Virus record (IMG/VR): IMGVR_UViG_3300020716_000017
Span: 1 to 39,612 of that record
Direction: 5' to 3' (one strand)
Length of the DNA stretch: 39,612 bases
Origin: a virus
Lineage: Duplodnaviria; Caudoviricetes
The position numbers and the translations under genes are program-made. Shown piece by piece: positions 35,554 to 39,612 of the stretch (position 1 is its first letter; every line of letters starts with the position of its first letter). Under the pieces are notes generated by a model that was not told where the DNA came from, did no database searches, and saw only the letters and a program-made list of their open reading frames with translations.

Positions 35554-35584
35554 CCCCACCGGATGTCTCCCCGGTGGGGATTTT
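35554..35584 (+). terminator. Intrinsic terminator ending the plus-strand island
   Basis: CCCCACCGG-8 nt-CCGGTGGGG followed by ATTTT, in a convergent gap. Confidence 0.7.
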
Positions 35585-35669
35585 CGCGTCTGGACATTGG
35601 CACTTTACGGCGCATTGGCTGAGCGATGCTTTGATTATTTGGCTCTGCGATGCTTGAAACATTGGCACC

Positions 35670-35894
35670 TTACGCCGACTCGCTCACCGCAAGACTGATA
35701 AGTCGCACCAAACGCTTCACGGCAGCCCTTGTGACGCACTCAGGGTCGCTGTAATCGTATTCGTAGCCCTCGGGTGTGTATCCCATGCTCAGCAATGCAA
35801 TCTCAGGGTTTGATTCAAGCATCATATGGTCTGCACGGGCCTGGATCTTTAGATCATTGGCCTCGGCAAGCTCTTTCATGCGCTCTAGGCTCAC
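35670..35894 (-). CDS. Hypothetical protein
   Basis: GTGA-coupled 74 aa ORF. Confidence 0.65.
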   Translation of the reverse strand: MSLERMKELAEANDLKIQARADHMMLESNPEIALLSMGYTPEGYEYDYSDPECVTRAAVKRLVRLISLAVSESA

Positions 35895-36094
35895 GACAGC
35901 GCCTTCTGCGCTTGTTCAAGGATGTAGCACACGGTTTCATAGGCACGATTTGGGTCGTAGCCCTCAGTGGTTCCCCGATTCTGCCGTGATGCAAGCCAGT
36001 TCTGGCGCTCCTGATCGGTGAGTTTGATCGTGATGTTCACGGTGCAGGTGCAGCGAGCGTCAAACTTGAACTCATCGTGTCGAGCGCAACTCAT
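35891..36094 (-). CDS. Hypothetical protein
   Basis: ATGA start inside repeat copy 1; TVNITIK motif. Confidence 0.65.
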   Translation of the reverse strand: MSCARHDEFKFDARCTCTVNITIKLTDQERQNWLASRQNRGTTEGYDPNRAYETVCYILEQAQKALS

Positions 36095-36339
36095 CGCTCC
36101 CCCTCTAGTGCTGCTCGGGCTGCCCTAATGAACTCTGACGAAAACGGAAACCGCTCATCTTCGGGCCAGTCGGCAACCTTCTTGGCTGCCTTTCGGCTGA
36201 TCGTGATGGTCACGGTGTCAAGTTTTGGTGCTACAAACAATTCACAATTTGATTCACAAACCCAACCAGGACGACAAGGGCCATCGTCGTAAATATGTTG
36301 ATTGGCTCTATGCCCACAATTCACGCAGATATTTTTCAT
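36091..36339 (-). CDS. Small Cys-rich cassette protein ending DTVTITISR...RAALEGER
   Basis: Start at the ATG inside repeat copy 2. Confidence 0.7.
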   Translation of the reverse strand: MKNICVNCGHRANQHIYDDGPCRPGWVCESNCELFVAPKLDTVTITISRKAAKKVADWPEDERFPFSSEFIRAARAALEGER

Positions 36340-36361
36340 CGCTCCCCCTCTAGTGCTGCTC
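36091..36361 (-). repeat. 26-bp exact direct repeat GAGCAGCACTAGAGGGGGAGCGATGA (36091-36116, 36336-36361)
   Basis: Identical copies encoding AALEGER-stop plus RBS and next ATG. Confidence 0.95.
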
Positions 36362-36638
36362 AAAGCGTGTTGTAAACTGCCGGTGCGAACTCCCCGTAGT
36401 TGATGTAGCGGTGAAGGACCTCACGGCTGATCGTTATGGTAACGAAAGTTGGCACAAAGTGACTTTGTGTTCCATCCCGCTGCCCTAAAGTGCTGCTCGT
36501 GATGGTCACGGTGTCACTACGGTCGTGCTGATCCTGCGGTGATCCGAGTGTTTCTGTGGGCTGGTCGGCCTGAATCGCTACGCTCGTGGTGTCGGTCGCT
36601 TTGCTGCCAGTAGTGTCGGAATCTTGACGTTCGGTCAT
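36360..36638 (-). CDS. Degenerate/fused cassette protein with two VTIT motifs
   Basis: SDTVTIT and FVTITISR; TGA where copy 1 has CGA. Confidence 0.55.
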   Translation of the reverse strand: MTERQDSDTTGSKATDTTSVAIQADQPTETLGSPQDQHDRSDTVTITSSTLGQRDGTQSHFVPTFVTITISREVLHRYINYGEFAPAVYNTL

Positions 36639-36988
36639 GCTCCTGCCCCTCGATAAGACGACATAAGGCTCCTGAGTCCGTCCAAACGGCTTTCTGAGGC
36701 TCTCTGTGCGCTTCTAATCGCAGTTAGGGACTCTCGCTGCACTAAGTAGTTTCGGAGGCTTACAGACGCTTCTAGCGTGGCATGGTCCTCAACCTGGTCC
36801 ACCGTCACCTTGACCCCTCGGCCTGCTGCATCGTCACGAAACTTCATTCGAGCCTTAGCGAACTCCACTTTGTAGTCTGCCTCGGCCTCGGCTGCTGCTT
36901 GGGCGATGCTCGCAGTTTCCTCAGCGAGCTTGCCTAGTCGCCTGCCCTCTTGCTCAATCGCCTCAGCGATCTGATTCATGCTCAACAT
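36635..36988 (-). CDS. Helical coiled-coil protein (possibly UvsY-like)
   Basis: AEADYKVEFAKA...RLDGLRSL; adjacent to resolvase. The functional call is tentative. Confidence 0.5.
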   Translation of the reverse strand: MLSMNQIAEAIEQEGRRLGKLAEETASIAQAAAEAEADYKVEFAKARMKFRDDAAGRGVKVTVDQVEDHATLEASVSLRNYLVQRESLTAIRSAQRASESRLDGLRSLMSSYRGAGA

Positions 36989-37323
36989 TCGTCACGTTCC
37001 TTCCACAGTCTTGCGAAGTCAGCCAACGTCAGCACAACGTAGCCATGCTCCGCACCCTTGCCTCGACGTTTGGCGACCACGATGCCGTAGTCAGCCTTAG
37101 CGTTGGCACGTTCACGCTCTGCCTCACCGAGCCAGCCGGGGAGATCCAGTTTGCCCACGTTCTTACATTCAATAACTAGACCTGGCAGACCGTTGATGTC
37201 GCCCTTGTCCATTGTGTTGCCTGCCCCGTAGCGCCTCTCAGCGTAGGGAAACCCATGCTCTGCTAGGTACTTGGCTACATCTCGCTCCCATTGGGAACCC
37301 TTGGCTTTCTGTGGTGTTGTCAT
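36982..37323 (-). CDS. Holliday junction resolvase (Hjc-like PD-(D/E)XK)
   Basis: KAKGSQWERDVAKYL, KGDI, VIECKN; GGAG RBS before ATG 37323. Confidence 0.85.
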   Translation of the reverse strand: MTTPQKAKGSQWERDVAKYLAEHGFPYAERRYGAGNTMDKGDINGLPGLVIECKNVGKLDLPGWLGEAERERANAKADYGIVVAKRRGKGAEHGYVVLTLADFARLWKERDEC

Positions 37324-37502
37324 AGGTGATCTCCGTGGCAGTTGCACTTGCACCCATCGCAGCCACACGTTTGCTTGTGGCCGCACACTTCGCCATCTTC
37401 ATCAAGCGGGCGAGGGTCATCAACGTCCTCGCAGGGACATTCTTCGCAGCCATACCCAAAATATTCTTCTGGTGTCTGTAGTCGCCAATTGTCATATGTC
37501 AT
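37320..37502 (-). CDS. Small Cys-rich acidic protein
   Basis: MTYDNWRLQTP...CEECPC...CGCDGCKCNCH; GGAGG RBS. Confidence 0.65.
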   Translation of the reverse strand: MTYDNWRLQTPEEYFGYGCEECPCEDVDDPRPLDEDGEVCGHKQTCGCDGCKCNCHGDHL

Positions 37503-37900
37503 AGCAATGCCTCCAAGTGATTCGTCTGACAGTTCTTGTCCATATCGCACCAACCGTAGACCGTGCCCTGTCGAACACGCCTCGCAGCCTCAACAATTTC
37601 GTTCACGCCCTGCCACGATGACAGCATCAGTCCGTGGTTCCGTGACCACTCAGGGTTGATCGTGACCCATGAGTGACAGCGCCGGCACAGACTGACGTAC
37701 AACTCTGGCTCAAGCTCTGCACCTGGCCTCACGCCTCGACCGATGATCTCATGGACATCAGTGGCCCAATAATCACATCCCGGCAAGATGCCTGCTTCGC
37801 ATTGTGGAGAGTCAGACAGGTGTGCGTAGCGCAGCACCTTGCGGTCCACGTTGGACTTCTTGCGCTTCTTGCTAAACGGTGCGAGTCGGCTCCGTTTCAA
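37499..37900 (-). CDS. HNH-family endonuclease
   Basis: CEAG..PGC...ATDVHE...LCRRCHSWV; TTG start with GGAGG. Confidence 0.75.
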   Translation of the reverse strand: MKRSRLAPFSKKRKKSNVDRKVLRYAHLSDSPQCEAGILPGCDYWATDVHEIIGRGVRPGAELEPELYVSLCRRCHSWVTINPEWSRNHGLMLSSWQGVNEIVEAARRVRQGTVYGWCDMDKNCQTNHLEALL

Positions 37901-38015
37901 CTTCCACCTCCTTGCACAGCGTTGGCCTCTGGCCGTTCTTGGGGCAGGTGTGTGATGCCTGCTTACCCAAAGCACGAAACTCATGGTCGCACTTGGTACA
38001 CCTAAAGGTTCTCAT
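37872..38015 (-). CDS. Small zinc-ribbon protein (47 aa)
   Basis: MRTFRCTKCDHEF...HTCP; AAGGAG RBS. Confidence 0.6.
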   Translation of the reverse strand: MRTFRCTKCDHEFRALGKQASHTCPKNGQRPTLCKEVEVETEPTRTV

Positions 38016-38344
38016 CTGTCTCCTTTATTCTCTGGATGATCCATTCCACGACAGGAACGGCAACGGCATTACCCATTTGACGATAGCGAGAACTATCAGC
38101 TTGGTCAATCAATCCCTTGATTGGGTCAATCCGTTGCGATGTCCAACCGTCAGGGAATCCTTGCAGCCGCTCGCACTCAATTGGAGTCAAACGTCGAACT
38201 GCTTGGTCAGTCATGACTGCTGCCCCCCCCCCCGCTCTTTCTGAGAGTCGGGCTTGTTTCTTGGCTTGGCTGTGCGTCCAGTCCTTGCGTGTGGCTGAAC
38301 ACAATAAGAACGGTAGCCCTGCTCTCCAGTCCTCGGTAACTCAT
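38002..38344 (-). pseudogene. dcm: C-terminal part of a C5 DNA cytosine methyltransferase, frameshifted at a G11 tract
   Basis: Motifs IX-X: VRRLTPIECERLQGFPDGWT, RYRQMGNAVAVPVVEWI. An upstream TRD-like segment joins in frame only with G10. Motifs I-VIII are absent from the window. Confidence 0.8.
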
Positions 38345-39600
38345 ATGGAATTGATGCCAGCAATTCTAGGTCCGTCCTTGATCGCCACGAGATTAGCGTT
38401 GACATAACTGATATTTCGTTGTTCGTGCCACTCGCTCGGGAAAAACGTCACGAGACGAGACGAATGAAAGCGGCACGTAATCTCGGGCACGAACGCTGAG
38501 TAGTTGGCATCAGTGAAGTACCAAAACGAGTTCTCGTTGTAGAAGGCGACGTGCGTCGGGTCCTGGAAAGCGCCTCGGCCATCAGTGCTCGGCGTATTGC
38601 TGAGCAGAATTCCTCCATGATCAAGAAGTCGGTAGAGCTCATTGAATAAAGCGATCTTGTCAGGGATGTGCTCAAGGAAATCGACGGCGCGAATCACCCC
38701 GACGCTTCCGTCAGGCAAATCGATTCCCTTGGTCACGTCACCCACGATGTTGACTCCCTCAGCCTTGTGCTGATCGACACCGAGATAGCCATCAGGCTTC
38801 CGATGAGCGGCTCCGAGATCAAGGCAAAGCAGTCCCCGTCGCTGAGCCCAAGCCAACGCATTCGCCTCGATGTTGGCATCATAGAGTGCGACCGTTTCAG
38901 CTTGAATCCTTGCGTTCAGTTTGGGATCGCGCTGAGTGTTCCTGTCGTGCATTCTCTGGAGGTATAGGCATTCGTTAATCATGTGAAAATCCGAGTGCTG
39001 ATAGAGCCTGGACATGATGTCCTGATCGTCCAAGATGTCTAACTCTGGGTTGTAGCCGCCGATCGCTTCGTACGCCGTGCGACGGAACGCTCGAACATGA
39101 TTGGGTGCGAACCAGATGTAACTAACATTGCTTGGGAGCGGTTCCATTGATCTGCATTGCAAATAGGCCTTCCCGTCGATCTCAACTTCATCGTAAATCC
39201 AGCCCATGGCCGAATTGAATCGATCGTCGTTCCGGCTGCCGTCCTCATTGATCTGTGCAAAGTGGCTGTAGACAAATCCCGCGTCGGGGTGGCTATCGAA
39301 GGCCTCGACGACCTTCTCAAGACACCTTGAGGCCAGAATGTCGTCATGGTCGTACTCGACGAGGAACTCTCCCGAGGCAAGTGAGCAGGCCCACCGCTTC
39401 GCAGCGCCGACGCCAGTGACTGACGAGTCGGCAACTGAGACCTTGATACGCGGATCGCTGACCGGAGGTGTCCAACGGTTCGAACCGTTCAGGACAACGA
39501 TCCACTCCCAGTCCTCGTAGGTCTGGGCAAGCATCGAACGTGCGCATTCATCAAGATGTGTTCTGCGGTGGCTGGGCGTGAAGACAGAGACGCGTGCCAT
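38341..39600 (-). CDS. Glycosyltransferase family 2 fused to a SAM-dependent methyltransferase
   Basis: VSVFTPS, QTYEDWEWIVV, EYDHDD, IGGY; then LDLGAA, DFLEHI, YRLL..GG, QDPTH. Confidence 0.88.
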   Translation of the reverse strand: MARVSVFTPSHRRTHLDECARSMLAQTYEDWEWIVVLNGSNRWTPPVSDPRIKVSVADSSVTGVGAAKRWACSLASGEFLVEYDHDDILASRCLEKVVEAFDSHPDAGFVYSHFAQINEDGSRNDDRFNSAMGWIYDEVEIDGKAYLQCRSMEPLPSNVSYIWFAPNHVRAFRRTAYEAIGGYNPELDILDDQDIMSRLYQHSDFHMINECLYLQRMHDRNTQRDPKLNARIQAETVALYDANIEANALAWAQRRGLLCLDLGAAHRKPDGYLGVDQHKAEGVNIVGDVTKGIDLPDGSVGVIRAVDFLEHIPDKIALFNELYRLLDHGGILLSNTPSTDGRGAFQDPTHVAFYNENSFWYFTDANYSAFVPEITCRFHSSRLVTFFPSEWHEQRNISYVNANLVAIKDGPRIAGINSI

Positions 39601-39612
39601 TCCTATGATCCC

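Larger units (their letters stand above)
1..39612. mobile_element. Tailed dsDNA phage genome segment (podovirus-like, probable Actinomycetota host)
   Basis: Terminase, portal, scaffold, major capsid, fibres, endolysin, ERF/SSB/exonuclease and WhiB in tightly coupled operons with ATGA/TAATG overlaps. No host housekeeping genes or integrase seen. Confidence 0.97.

Noticed and set aside
36360-36362. TGA stop-codon reassignment
   Set aside because: A single in-frame TGA; many other genes end in TGA with ATGA coupling and long ORFs are intact under code 11. A CGA-to-TGA mutation is simpler.
36091-36520. Repeats as a CRISPR mini-array or DGR template/variable repeat pair
   Set aside because: The repeats are protein-coding gene ends, spaced 245 bp apart, with no adenine-specific mismatches and no reverse transcriptase in the window.
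1-39612. Window as a complete circular genome; tRNA genes; integrase/att sites
   Set aside because: WhiB is cut at position 1, no terminal overlap is visible, and helicase/primase and the dcm N-terminus are missing. No tRNA cloverleaf or recombinase motif was recognised by eye.

Overview
The whole window is part of a tailed dsDNA bacteriophage genome, truncated at both ends. The host is most likely in the Actinomycetota, based on a WhiB gene at 1-310 that the ORF track missed. The virion is probably podovirus-like: no tail tube or tape-measure gene is recognisable, and there are large internal-virion-type proteins. Most genes are on the minus strand. From ~31.2 kb downward these are an HTH-fused large terminase, portal, internal virion proteins, scaffold, N4-gp56-like major capsid, collagen/SGNH fibre, GT4 glycosyltransferase, tail/adaptor proteins, amidase endolysin, membrane proteins, permuted NlpC/P60, metallophosphoesterase, Cas4-like exonuclease, SSB, ERF and WhiB. 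From 39.6 kb downward they are a GT2-methyltransferase fusion, a split and frameshifted C5 DNA methyltransferase, HNH, Holliday junction resolvase and a cassette-like array of small genes. A compositionally distinct plus-strand island (32.8-35.6 kb) has two duplicated sigma70-type promoter modules, a ParB-HTH gene and small unknown genes, punctuated by structured RNAs: a complete type II hammerhead ribozyme, a long G.U-rich UUCG hairpin and a terminator. Other notable items are a multi-pseudoknot leader upstream of the scaffold gene, one beta-rich module shared by five structural proteins, and a G11 tract frameshifting the methyltransferase remnant. All product calls come from motif recognition by eye; no database searches were run.
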